DNA of 64,000 nt, taken from the NCBI GenBank assembly GCA_965216315.1, contig CBDCFN010000016.1, forward strand, positions 672,001-736,000, read 5' to 3'. Position numbers and translations under genes: made by a program. The DNA comes from a bacterium (lineage in GTDB: Bacteria > UBA10199 > 2-02-FULL-50-16 > JAJFLM01). Below are positions 43,978 to 53,510 of the stretch, piece by piece. Each line of letters starts with the position of its first letter. Position 1 is the stretch's first letter. The notes under the pieces were generated by a model. It saw only the letters and a list, made by a program, of their open reading frames with translations. It ran no database searches and was not told the origin of the DNA.

Positions 43978-44775
43978 ATGAATATTAAAGACACACTTGC
44001 CCTCAGGGCCTTTGGCTTAGTGAAAATCCCATTACTGTTCTATATTGGACCTCGTGTTCAGAAATTAACGAGCAAGTCATGTGAAATCACGATTCCCCTT
44101 AACTATTTTACCAAGAATCATCTCGGTTGCATGTACTTCGGTGTCCTCGCGGCAGGCGCTGACTGTGCCGGTGGCCTGATGGGGATGGAGGCGATCCGTC
44201 GCAGTGGTAAAAAGGTTGATCTTCTTTTTAAAGATTTTAAGGCCGAATTCCTTAGGCGTGCCGAAGGGGATGTGACCTTTAAGTGTGTCGACGGCGCCAA
44301 GATCCAAAAACAAGTTAAGGATGTCATTAAGAGCGGAAGGCGCATTAATCGCACCGTTCAAATTATCGCGACGACACCTAAAGTGTCTGGTAATGAGCCG
44401 GTTGCGATTTTCGACTTAACGCTTTCTCTTAAAGCGCGTGCTGAAAAGAAAAAACCGGTTGCCTCCAAGAAAAAGGCTGTTTCCAAAAAGAAGCCTGCTA
44501 AGAAAAAGGCCGTCGCTAAGAAGAAACCGACTAAGAAAAAGGCTGCGGTTAAAAAGAAAGCGACGAAGAAAAAGACTGTTGCTAAGAAGAGACCCACCAT
44601 TAAGAAGAAGGCTGCAGCAAAGAAGAGGCCGGTAGCTAAGAAGAAGACGGTAGCCAAGAAGAAACCGGTCGCGAAGAAAAAGCCGGCTAAGAAGAAGGTG
44701 ACGCAGTTGCGCCGGGCCCCTGCGAAGGCAGCCCGTAAGGCTGCTCGTAAAGCCCCGCGTAAAAAAGCAGCTTAG
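43978..44775 (+). CDS. hotdog-fold thioesterase (DUF4442/PaaI-like) fused to a Lys/Ala-rich histone H1-like tail
   Basis: TKNHLGCMYFG..AAGADCAGG and FLRRAEGDVTF motifs. The last ~110 aa are KKK(P/A/T)(V/A)A repeats. Confidence 0.85.
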   Translation: MNIKDTLALRAFGLVKIPLLFYIGPRVQKLTSKSCEITIPLNYFTKNHLGCMYFGVLAAGADCAGGLMGMEAIRRSGKKVDLLFKDFKAEFLRRAEGDVTFKCVDGAKIQKQVKDVIKSGRRINRTVQIIATTPKVSGNEPVAIFDLTLSLKARAEKKKPVASKKKAVSKKKPAKKKAVAKKKPTKKKAAVKKKATKKKTVAKKRPTIKKKAAAKKRPVAKKKTVAKKKPVAKKKPAKKKVTQLRRAPAKAARKAARKAPRKKAA

Positions 44776-44857
44776 CTAGCAGTAATAGCTGAAGATTAGC
44801 CTTATTGCCTGATGTTTACGGGTGTGAACAAAAAATCGTTGCAGTTTTAAAAAATAC

Positions 44858-44884
44858 TCAACAAGTCGAATATGATGTCGATGA
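44858..44884 (+). promoter_or_regulatory. putative sigma28-like promoter
   Basis: TCAACAAG-N11-GTCGATGA, 9 nt before ATG 44894. No SD. Confidence 0.45.
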
Positions 44885-44893
44885 TGCCCTTCG

Positions 44894-47233
44894 ATGTCGT
44901 TACCTCTTTCAGCTCAAGCGAATTATCAAGCAGCCTTGTTGACTGGGTTCTTGACCGTTGCGGGTGCGTGCTCTCCGACCCAGAAAACTGCTGAGAATGA
45001 AAGGTCAGACGCGGGTGCGGTTTCGACGTGCCTCGTTCACGAACCCCCTCAGCTTGAAGATGTCAGTAATGCAATTACAGGATTAGCTGAACGCAAGGTA
45101 GACCCTCAAACGTTTTTGCGTGAGGATCTTGACCGGTTTTCCAGTTTAGAATCGTGCTCTAAGGTAGAGCTCAATAAGTATAGCAAGTTTCAAGTAGGAC
45201 TGGCAAAGCGCGTAGCTTCGTTATCAAATGCTGAGTTGGAAAGCCAGCTAATACGTCTTTACGATCAGGCCTTTGTTTTTAATGCGCAGTCAGGTGAGAT
45301 GGTTCTGGGTTTGAAGCCCGCTCAAGTGAAGGCTAAGCACCAACTCGATTTGTGGATCGCGGCGCTTGATCACCAGGCCTATGAGGATGAGACCTTCTTA
45401 AATCGCATTTGGGACGCGGGCGCGATTCGTGCCATCGCGATGCTCGGTTCTTCTTCTATAATGCCGAGCGACCGTGGTGCCTTTGAACAATTAAGGCGCG
45501 CTGTGGAGCAAGAGGTGCCGCTTGCACCGGTACTCAAAGACATCAATCAAAGATCTTACCGTCGGCAGTTCGATTGGCTCAAAGCTTATGATGGGAGCAA
45601 ACCCTATTTCGAGACGGACTTTTTAAAATCAATAATTAATTTAGAAGCAGCGATTAGAGCTTATTTCGGGGACGAAAAATATGTCGAGTTTTGGAGTGAG
45701 GCGTCTTTCCCTCGTGAAACTGTTAAATCGATATTAAAGGAACAGAGTTTGCTGCCAGGTTACGAGGAGTTACGAACTCAATCGACGGAACAATTGTTAG
45801 ATTACACTCATGAAATCTCCATGGCTGTCGGCTATCCATTGCGGCCTCAAACGGCGCAAAGAATCGCGCGCGATCTACTGCTGGTTGGGCCTATTTTTCA
45901 TGAGAGGGGCATTGATATTCAAAAGCCGCTCATCGACCGGGCGATTCGCGATATGGTGGCCATGGGGATTCCTAAGGACGATGTTAAATTGATGGTTGAG
46001 GTCGAACAAGGTATGATCAAATATACGGCGGACCGTCTGGATGATTATCGCAATCGCTTTGTTTTTCTTCGGCGTTATCGTGAGATGTATCGCTCTGTGC
46101 TGATGCGTCCGCTTGAGACGATCTTTTCAAGGACTCAATTAATCCGGTATGGTTTTTGGGGCAGTTTCGTGATGAACCGCTCGCAGTCGGGGATTCCGGT
46201 TCATCTGAAGGATCTCGACCAAATTCGGACTGAGGTGAAGGCAACGGCAATTCCCAAATCGGCTTTTGCTCAAGACGGATTTACTTTTGAATCACGGGAT
46301 TTGAAAGAAGCTTTTTGGGCACGGCCTGCTGATTTTGGTTTGTGTGGTGGTGGAGGCCCCCTCAAGCCGACAGCGGCGTTACAGTATGAAGGGAAAACAG
46401 CCGGTGATTTTATTTGCTCCAATATTGATCAAATGGCATTTTTACCGCCGACACTCCATCCTGATCATGCCGTGGCGGCGGCTTTCGGTGTTTTTGGTAT
46501 CGCGACGGTCAACAATGCTGGATTTGTTCCCGGGAATGATTGGACTCCCGGCGTACTTACAGGTGTCTTGATTCATGAAGCTGGTCATATCAATTGGTTT
46601 CGTTCCAATTTTGACCGTCATTCAGAACGTCTGGCGATGGCAGGTCCGAATGAGCGGAGCGCCTATTCGCTTGGCCATGCCTATCTTGCGCCGCACTTTT
46701 CGAAAGCTGAGGTAGCTGCTGAGGAGCCACATTTAGGTGATTTCTTGCTACAGGCTAGAGAGACGACTCAACTCGCTAATCAACGTTTGGGTCTTCCTCT
46801 AACTGATATGAACCCTGATAGCTGGAATTCACAATGGAATAAGCAACACCTCATTGAGTTAGCCTTCCAGCCCGGTCATTTGAGAATGGAGCGGCAAATT
46901 GAAGCGCTCCTTGTCGAGCGCGGAAAGCCTCTTCCATCACAAGATGAGCTGCAAATGAGTGGTCAAAGAAGTCTGGAGAAGGCGATTCAACTGTTTATCA
47001 CAGATCGACGTGAACAAGCTGTTGCTCGCCAAGTCTTGAAAAAGCTCGTCGACGGAGAAAAGACCGAATTTCTTCTGCTGCGTTCACATCCTTTTACGCG
47101 CGCGTATAATCAAGCGAGGGCAAGCGTTGGATTGCCCCCACTTTTTATCATTGATATGAACCAAAAAAAATGGCTGGAAGCACAAGCCGAGCTCGCGCGT
47201 CGTCTCCATATTACAGTAGCCTTACAGCCGTAA
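44894..47233 (+). CDS. 779-aa hypothetical protein with zincin HExxH motif
   Basis: GVLIHEAGHI followed by NERSAY (candidate third ligand Glu). Confidence 0.78.
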   Translation: MSLPLSAQANYQAALLTGFLTVAGACSPTQKTAENERSDAGAVSTCLVHEPPQLEDVSNAITGLAERKVDPQTFLREDLDRFSSLESCSKVELNKYSKFQVGLAKRVASLSNAELESQLIRLYDQAFVFNAQSGEMVLGLKPAQVKAKHQLDLWIAALDHQAYEDETFLNRIWDAGAIRAIAMLGSSSIMPSDRGAFEQLRRAVEQEVPLAPVLKDINQRSYRRQFDWLKAYDGSKPYFETDFLKSIINLEAAIRAYFGDEKYVEFWSEASFPRETVKSILKEQSLLPGYEELRTQSTEQLLDYTHEISMAVGYPLRPQTAQRIARDLLLVGPIFHERGIDIQKPLIDRAIRDMVAMGIPKDDVKLMVEVEQGMIKYTADRLDDYRNRFVFLRRYREMYRSVLMRPLETIFSRTQLIRYGFWGSFVMNRSQSGIPVHLKDLDQIRTEVKATAIPKSAFAQDGFTFESRDLKEAFWARPADFGLCGGGGPLKPTAALQYEGKTAGDFICSNIDQMAFLPPTLHPDHAVAAAFGVFGIATVNNAGFVPGNDWTPGVLTGVLIHEAGHINWFRSNFDRHSERLAMAGPNERSAYSLGHAYLAPHFSKAEVAAEEPHLGDFLLQARETTQLANQRLGLPLTDMNPDSWNSQWNKQHLIELAFQPGHLRMERQIEALLVERGKPLPSQDELQMSGQRSLEKAIQLFITDRREQAVARQVLKKLVDGEKTEFLLLRSHPFTRAYNQARASVGLPPLFIIDMNQKKWLEAQAELARRLHITVALQP

Positions 47234-47252
47234 TCTCTTTATACTCTCGGTC

Positions 47253-47732
47253 ATGAGTATCAAGCTGCTTCGTGCATTTACCTTCAATATCGTTTTCTGT
47301 TTGGCATTTAGTGCCTATGCGGCGAGCCCCTGGCTTTCGGACTATGATAAGGCTGTGGCGCGTTCCGAGAAGACCAAGAAGCCGATTTATTTATTGTTTG
47401 TGAATGACCACAGCTGCCCTCGCTGTAAGCGTTTTAAGAAGAGCTTTGTCGAGACCAAAGATTTCAAGGGCTATGCCAAAGCAAACCTTATCCTATTGAA
47501 GGTCGATTACGGTCCGTACTTTAAGTCCAATAAAAAGATTTCTTTTTCTGAAATTGAACGAAAAAGCAAAGTTCCCAAGGAAATGTGGCTGAAAGGGCGC
47601 GGGCCCTGGCCGCATCTTTTTTTGATCTCTCCTAGAAAGAAAATCCTCTATTCCGGCAGTGCCTTTGGTGAGGCTCAAGACTCGTATGAGTATGTGGATT
47701 TTTTGAAATCGAAGCTGCAATTCAGCCTTTGA
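47253..47732 (+). CDS. secreted thioredoxin-like protein
   Basis: Signal peptide ending in AYA. WLSDYDKAVARSEKTKKPIYLLF...CPRC and WPHLFLI motifs. Confidence 0.85.
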   Translation: MSIKLLRAFTFNIVFCLAFSAYAASPWLSDYDKAVARSEKTKKPIYLLFVNDHSCPRCKRFKKSFVETKDFKGYAKANLILLKVDYGPYFKSNKKISFSEIERKSKVPKEMWLKGRGPWPHLFLISPRKKILYSGSAFGEAQDSYEYVDFLKSKLQFSL

Positions 47733-49167
47733 TAACGCCGATGGGTCGCAGCCGAACGACCTTTCGGGCAATGCCGGCCCCCGCGACGACATCGACGACA
47801 TCCGCGACGTCTTTGTAGGCTTCAGGGACTTCTTCGAGCACGCCGGCCAGGGTTTGTGAGCGCAGGATGATGCCGTCGCGTTCCATTTCATCATAGATCT
47901 TGCGGCCGCGACTCTGACGTTTGGCGGCGCGCCGGGAGAGACGGCGACCGGCGCCATGGCAGGAGGAGCCGAGCGTTTCGCGATAGGCCTGTTCCGTTCC
48001 AACTAGGAGAAAGGAGTAACGTCCCATATCGCCTGGGATCAAGACGGGTTGACCGATTTCTTTATAAGCCTCGGGAGTCTCCGGATGATGGGGAGGGTAG
48101 GCGCGGGTGGCTCCCTTGCGGTGGACGCAGAGTCGTCTTTTCTTGCCCTCGATTTCATGGTCTTCAAATTTACAGATGTTGTGGGCGACGTCATAGATGA
48201 GATCCATGCCGAGGTCACCCGGACCTATTTGAAAAAAATGCATGAACGTCTCACGGGCCAGGTGCAACATCATCTGGCGATTCGTGAAAGCATAGTTCGC
48301 AGCACAGGCCATCGCGCTCAAATAATCTTGGGCTTCCGGGCTCTTGAGTGGGGCGCAACACAATTGGCGATCCGCGAGGGGAATGCCGTATTTTTGCGCG
48401 GCCTTGAGCATGCGCCCTAAGTAATCGTCGCAGACTTGATAGCCGAGCCCACGCGATCCCGAATGAATTGAAAGCATGATCTGGCCGCGTTCCAGCTGCA
48501 GGGTGCGGGCCGCCTGGTCATCGTAGATTTCATCGATGTATTCGATTTCAATAAAGTGGTTACCTGACCCGACCGTGCCGATTTGATTGCGGCCGCGTTC
48601 GAGTGCGAGTGGAGAGACGCAGCTGGGATCCGCGTTCGGGAGTGCACCTTCGGCCTCCGTGTGGGCGAGGTCCTCAGGGTTGCCAAAACCATTTTCGATC
48701 GCCCAGGTGGCGCCTCGGGTGAGGATCTTTTTTTGATCGCTCGGATTCAATTTACTTTTTTTATGGTGCGAGCCCACGCCGGCCGGGATGGTTCGAAACA
48801 GTTCTTCGACTAAATCTTTGAGATGGGGCTTAATGAAGTCATAGGTCAAATGGGTACGCGCGACGCGGACCCCGCAATTGATGTCGTAGCCGACACCTCC
48901 AGGGCTGACGACGCCTTCATTGATATCAAAGGCGGCGACGCCGCCAATGGGGAAGCCATAGCCCCAATGGATATCGGGCATGGCGATGGAGTGCCCGACA
49001 ATTCCGGGCAAGGTCGCGACGTTGATGACCTGTTGGACCGCCTGGTCTTGGCGAATGCTTTCCATCAATTTGTCGTTGGCGAAGATCAGCCCATCGACGT
49101 TCATGTTACCGTGGCGCGGGACGCGAAAGCGGAAATTATCGATTTTTTCGAGGGGGGCGTCGTTCAT
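47722..49167 (-). CDS. rtcB: RNA-splicing/repair ligase RtcB (archaeal/eukaryote-like long form)
   Basis: MPDIHWGYGFPIGG, GYDINCG, GSGNHF, HSGSRG, HRKGAT, IPGDMG and SSCHGAGR motifs. ATG 49167 overlaps the archease stop (ATGA). Confidence 0.97.
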   Translation of the reverse strand: MNDAPLEKIDNFRFRVPRHGNMNVDGLIFANDKLMESIRQDQAVQQVINVATLPGIVGHSIAMPDIHWGYGFPIGGVAAFDINEGVVSPGGVGYDINCGVRVARTHLTYDFIKPHLKDLVEELFRTIPAGVGSHHKKSKLNPSDQKKILTRGATWAIENGFGNPEDLAHTEAEGALPNADPSCVSPLALERGRNQIGTVGSGNHFIEIEYIDEIYDDQAARTLQLERGQIMLSIHSGSRGLGYQVCDDYLGRMLKAAQKYGIPLADRQLCCAPLKSPEAQDYLSAMACAANYAFTNRQMMLHLARETFMHFFQIGPGDLGMDLIYDVAHNICKFEDHEIEGKKRRLCVHRKGATRAYPPHHPETPEAYKEIGQPVLIPGDMGRYSFLLVGTEQAYRETLGSSCHGAGRRLSRRAAKRQSRGRKIYDEMERDGIILRSQTLAGVLEEVPEAYKDVADVVDVVAGAGIARKVVRLRPIGVIKG

Positions 49168-49589
49168 ATGTCGAGTATAACCCGAAGCCGCCAGCCCCAC
49201 CAGCAATGTTCGAGCTCGAGTTGATGGTAGGTCACAGCCTTGATTTCACGTCTGATCTGATGCCGCTTTTCATCATACAGTTCACCCACGACTTTACCGG
49301 TGATTTCGGTTTGGCTGCATTGCTCCAGCCGTAATGATTGGACCAGAAAGCCCTCAATATCAAAGAGAAGGTGGATTTGTTTAAGGAGCTCTAAGGCGAG
49401 TTCATCTCCGGTGTTAGCCTTCACGGCAATCGGGCGTGACTCGGTAGTGCGGATCGAAGCCGGATCAATCAGGGCATTCGTGAGCGCTTCGGTAGTATGA
49501 ACGAGTAGCCGCGGCCAGGTCCATGCCCGAATTTCGAGCCGAAGATCCGCCGTGTGTTCAATTTCTTGGTAGGCGGGCCATGCCAACAT
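49164..49589 (-). CDS. archease
   Basis: EHTADL, EIKAVTYHQL and C-terminal ILDI motifs. Adjacent to rtcB. Confidence 0.95.
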   Translation of the reverse strand: MLAWPAYQEIEHTADLRLEIRAWTWPRLLVHTTEALTNALIDPASIRTTESRPIAVKANTGDELALELLKQIHLLFDIEGFLVQSLRLEQCSQTEITGKVVGELYDEKRHQIRREIKAVTYHQLELEHCWWGWRLRVILDI

Positions 49590-49599
49590 AGGAGATCCC

Positions 49600-52500
49600 T
49601 CACTTTAATGGAATTTGGTATTTCTTAAGTTTGATGTAAAGCATCGCACGGGAGAGACCGAGTTGTTTAGCGGCACGGGCTTTGTTCCATCCCGTTTTTT
49701 CTAAGGCCTGTAGAATCAAGTCGCGTTCAAATTCCGCGCGTTGGTTTTGCAACTCAGGGGCGCTCTTTTTAAAGGTGCCTGGGACAAAGCCGACTTCTTG
49801 TAACAACGTAGTGTCGGGGAGAGTTCCGTTCGGTCCTATCGTTGTCTGTGCCGAGAGAGCGGCGCGCTCGATTTCCAGTTCCAGTTCACGCACATTTCCC
49901 GGCCAATCATATTCTTGAAAGAGTGCTAAGGCGCGCCGGCTTATTTTGCGTTTAATTCCCCGCGTGGCCGAGAGATGATTGAGAAAGTGGTTGGCGAGTG
50001 GGGTGATGTCTTCTTTGCGCTTGCGCAGTGGAGGAATGCGGATCTCACTGCCTGTCAATAGGCGATTAAGCTCGGGAGTCAGTAAACCTTTCTTGAGGGT
50101 CTCTTTAAGCCCCAGTCTTGATGAGATGATACAGAAGACGTTGTAGTTTTTTTCATTTTTTTGGCTCGATAAGAAGTTACGCAGCTCCCGTTGATAAGGA
50201 ATCGGGATTTCAGAGAGTTCATCGATATAGAGGGTGCCACCGCGGGCTCTCGTAAAGGCCTCGGTAAGCGCGTTGGCTTCTAATGAGTCCGTCTTCCAGC
50301 GGGGTAGGTTGCTCGCGATGAGCATAATCAGGGGGTGACTTTCAGTTTGTGCATGCAATACTTTAGCCATATGGTCTTTGCCGGTCCCGAGTTCACCAGA
50401 CAGGATGACAGGACGGCGTATTTTGGCCAGCGTTGAGAAACGTTTGAGAATGTGTTGCATAGCCACGGAGCGGGTGACGACTTTTCCGACGTGCTGGGCT
50501 TCTTTGAGCTCTTCTTCAAGGCGCTCCGCCCAGTTGGAAGTTTCATCGAGATCAAGCTGGAGGCGTTTATTGAGCTCAGCGAGTTTATTATGGGCTTGGT
50601 CGAGTTCTTTTTGACGTTGGAGGGCCTCTTCGTAAAGAGTGGCATTGTTCAGGGCAATCCCGGCTTGATCGGCAAAGGCACTGATGAGTTCGAGATTCTT
50701 TTTCTCAAACAGGTTGGCGGTCTGCGAATGGTCCACATAGAGTGCCCCTAAAATATTGCCATGAGAGATAATCGGCGCTGCTAAAATAGAGCGGAGCTTC
50801 AAGGCCTGGACGCTTCGGAACTTAGCCAGTGAATTCTCTTCCAGTGCGTTCTGAATTAATAAGGGTTGCTTAGATTTGAGGAGGCGCTTGATGATTGTTT
50901 GACTTAGCAGGTCGCGTCCGCCGGGAAGGTCACGTTTGCGAAATTCCCGCGCAGCCTGAATCTGCCAGGCATCGCGCTTGCTTTCTCCCGGTGTAATAAT
51001 GAAACCACGCTCTGCGTTCGTGAGTTCAATCGCGGCATCGAGAATGACGTCATAAAGTTTTTTGGTGTCACGTTGGGCGGCAATGCGCTTGTTGATCTCT
51101 ATGAGGCTCCACAGCGAGGCATCCGCCGGGGCTTCTTGGAGGCGTCGCTGTTTATCTTGTAGTTCCCATAAAATAGCATAACGCGGCGATTGAGCGATCT
51201 GACTGCGATAAGCGATCGGCAGGGTTTCGCGTTCCGTTTCAAAGATCTCATGCATCTTTTCAATATGTGTCTTGAGGTCCTCTTGTTTGCGGTGGCCTAA
51301 GGCCCACAGGGCCATGCAGGCCAAGACACGGAATTCCTGCTTGGTGCCGTCGGCGCTTTGCTTGAGTTTGTTCAGCTCTTGAGGAAGTTGTTTCGGTGGT
51401 TGCGCCTGTATCAGTTTTTGACGGACTTTGAGGATGGCCAGGCGAAAACGGGTGTCGGGCAGGCTGGATTTATTAACGAATGTCTCGGCTTGGGTTAAAC
51501 GCTTCTCAAAGGCTGCATGGTGATGGTGGCGGAGTGCGTTCTCCGCATAACTCACTTGAGCGAGGGCCAGATATTGCGGGGCCTTGAGTTGTTCGAAGGT
51601 TTCCATAGCATATTCAAGGACTTTATCTGCACTTTCACTGTCTTCGCGCCACATTGAGATGTCTGCCTCAAGCAGCAGATTATAGGCGGTGATAAAAGTC
51701 ATGCCCAGTTGCTGTGCTAATTCCGATGATTTGGAAAGGTGCTCCTCCGCTTCATCTAGGGAGCCAACTTGAAGCAGCAGGTTGGCCATGTTTGACAATA
51801 AAATGGCGAGCAAGAAGGAATTTTGCAGATTTTGAGCGGCCTTCAAAGCTTCTCTGTAAAGTTGGAGGGCCGTAGCGATATCTCCTTGTTGTTGAGCGAT
51901 TGCCGCTAAGTTCATCGAGTTGGAAACGATGCCCGTCGTCTCTTTGAGTCGCTTCATTTCCTTCAATGACTTTTCAAAATAAGGGCGTGCCGCTTCCAGT
52001 TCTCCTTGGTTGTAGGACGCCATACCAAGGTAATTAAGGGCGCGCGCCTTATCGATGGGTTTTTTTGCTGTCTGATGAACGGATTTGAGGAGACGTTCCG
52101 CTTCAGCAAATTTTTCCAGATATATTTGGGCGAGGGCCCGCACATTATTAATACGAGGTGTCCGACTCTTAAGTTTTAGGGCATCATTATACCGGCCCTG
52201 TTGGATGAGGAGGCGCATTTGGGTTTCATGAAGTCGGTCGATGAGTTCGGCTGTGTCTTTTTTGGGGAGGTCTCGGGCGACGGTTAAGTACTTTTCAATG
52301 CGTTGTGACTCGGCATCGAGAAAAGACTGAGGGTTGTTGACGGAGGACATCTGCAAGAGTGGATCCGTGGCCTCCAGGTAATCGTCGATTGTTTGGAAAA
52401 AAATCGATTCCTCTTCACTCGCAACGGCACTACGATGCACTGCTAATGCCAGTTTATGCTTTTTGTTGAGCAGTGTGATAATTTCCAGGGCATCGTTGGG

Positions 52501-53253
52501 GCGGCGCATCGGATTCTTGGCCAATAAGGCCTTGAGGAGGCTCTCCAGCGTCTCCTTGTAAGGATGTCGAGAAAGGAAGGGGAACGAAGGCTCCTCATTC
52601 AAATGAAATGCAATCATGGCCTCAGATTGGAGTGGGAAAGGTAATTGCCCCTTATTTAGAAGCTGGTAGAGTATCATGCCGAGGGCATAGAGATCCGACT
52701 TGGCAGTGGGTTTCCCTTGTTTGATGAGTTCAGGGGCCATATATGCGAGCGTTCCAGCCGCAGCAGATTTCTCCTTGTTTCCCTTTTTTAGGCTCGCAAG
52801 TCCGAAGTCTATCAATTTAACGCGGCGGGTTTTCTTCTCGAGAAGGATATTGTCGGGCTTGATGTCTCCGTGAATGACTCCTTGAGTATGAATATAGGAA
52901 AGACCGCGGCAGAGTTGGGCGATGATTTCCCACCACGCTTTGCCTTTGACGAGCTTGATTCCCTTATCTAAAGAAGCACCTTCAATATACTCTGTTACCA
53001 TGAATGGTTGTGGCTGATCCTGATCCGTCAGGCCACAGTCAATAACCTCAACGACGTGAGGATGATAAAGGGATTGAAGGAGTTTGAATTCTTTATTGAA
53101 TGTTGCTGACTGAGACTTCGATGTCAGTAGTTTGACGATACAGTATGCATTTCCCAGCAACACATCCTCAGTAAGCCAAACAGTACCAAAACCACCTTCT
53201 CCGAGCTGCTTCTTTAGCCGATAGCGTCCATTAATGAGTGCGGGTGAGGTCAT
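49600..53253 (-). CDS. Ser/Thr protein kinase-TPR-GAF-degenerate sigma54-interaction AAA+-Fis HTH regulator
   Basis: Kinase motifs GEGGFG, HGDIKPDN, DFG and APE. TPR-like helices. GAF (AERGFI, SILAAPI, GALYVD). GELGTGKD, YIDE, IPPLRKRKEDI, WPGNVREL and HTH GWNKARAAKQLGLSR. Start set at ATG 53253. Confidence 0.93.
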   Translation of the reverse strand: MTSPALINGRYRLKKQLGEGGFGTVWLTEDVLLGNAYCIVKLLTSKSQSATFNKEFKLLQSLYHPHVVEVIDCGLTDQDQPQPFMVTEYIEGASLDKGIKLVKGKAWWEIIAQLCRGLSYIHTQGVIHGDIKPDNILLEKKTRRVKLIDFGLASLKKGNKEKSAAAGTLAYMAPELIKQGKPTAKSDLYALGMILYQLLNKGQLPFPLQSEAMIAFHLNEEPSFPFLSRHPYKETLESLLKALLAKNPMRRPNDALEIITLLNKKHKLALAVHRSAVASEEESIFFQTIDDYLEATDPLLQMSSVNNPQSFLDAESQRIEKYLTVARDLPKKDTAELIDRLHETQMRLLIQQGRYNDALKLKSRTPRINNVRALAQIYLEKFAEAERLLKSVHQTAKKPIDKARALNYLGMASYNQGELEAARPYFEKSLKEMKRLKETTGIVSNSMNLAAIAQQQGDIATALQLYREALKAAQNLQNSFLLAILLSNMANLLLQVGSLDEAEEHLSKSSELAQQLGMTFITAYNLLLEADISMWREDSESADKVLEYAMETFEQLKAPQYLALAQVSYAENALRHHHHAAFEKRLTQAETFVNKSSLPDTRFRLAILKVRQKLIQAQPPKQLPQELNKLKQSADGTKQEFRVLACMALWALGHRKQEDLKTHIEKMHEIFETERETLPIAYRSQIAQSPRYAILWELQDKQRRLQEAPADASLWSLIEINKRIAAQRDTKKLYDVILDAAIELTNAERGFIITPGESKRDAWQIQAAREFRKRDLPGGRDLLSQTIIKRLLKSKQPLLIQNALEENSLAKFRSVQALKLRSILAAPIISHGNILGALYVDHSQTANLFEKKNLELISAFADQAGIALNNATLYEEALQRQKELDQAHNKLAELNKRLQLDLDETSNWAERLEEELKEAQHVGKVVTRSVAMQHILKRFSTLAKIRRPVILSGELGTGKDHMAKVLHAQTESHPLIMLIASNLPRWKTDSLEANALTEAFTRARGGTLYIDELSEIPIPYQRELRNFLSSQKNEKNYNVFCIISSRLGLKETLKKGLLTPELNRLLTGSEIRIPPLRKRKEDITPLANHFLNHLSATRGIKRKISRRALALFQEYDWPGNVRELELEIERAALSAQTTIGPNGTLPDTTLLQEVGFVPGTFKKSAPELQNQRAEFERDLILQALEKTGWNKARAAKQLGLSRAMLYIKLKKYQIPLK

Positions 53254-53260
53254 TCTCGCT

Positions 53261-53278
53261 AGTCTAATATAATTGACA
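53261..53278. promoter_or_regulatory. palindromic operator/enhancer site 1
   Basis: AGTCTA-ATATAA-TTGACA, 16/18 identical to the site at 54585. Confidence 0.6.
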
Positions 53279-53417
53279 CTAGTTAGTAAAGAGAATGGGC
53301 CAATAGGTCCCACTTTGGGGGCAACGTCCCGACTAAGGGTGATGCTCCGATAGCGATACTCCTGGAATAGTTTAGTAATTACAATGAGTTAAAGGAATGT
53401 CGCTGAGGCGATATCAT

Positions 53418-53433
53418 TGGCACTTTGCTTGCA
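53418..53433 (+). promoter_or_regulatory. sigma54 -24/-12 promoter
   Basis: TGGCAC-TTTGC-TTGCA. Confidence 0.85.
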
Positions 53434-53510
53434 ATTACCTGTCGATGTGCGACGGCAAATGAAACGCCGAACTTAATAACGGAAGCCGAGAGGCATGGGA
53501 GATTAGAGCG

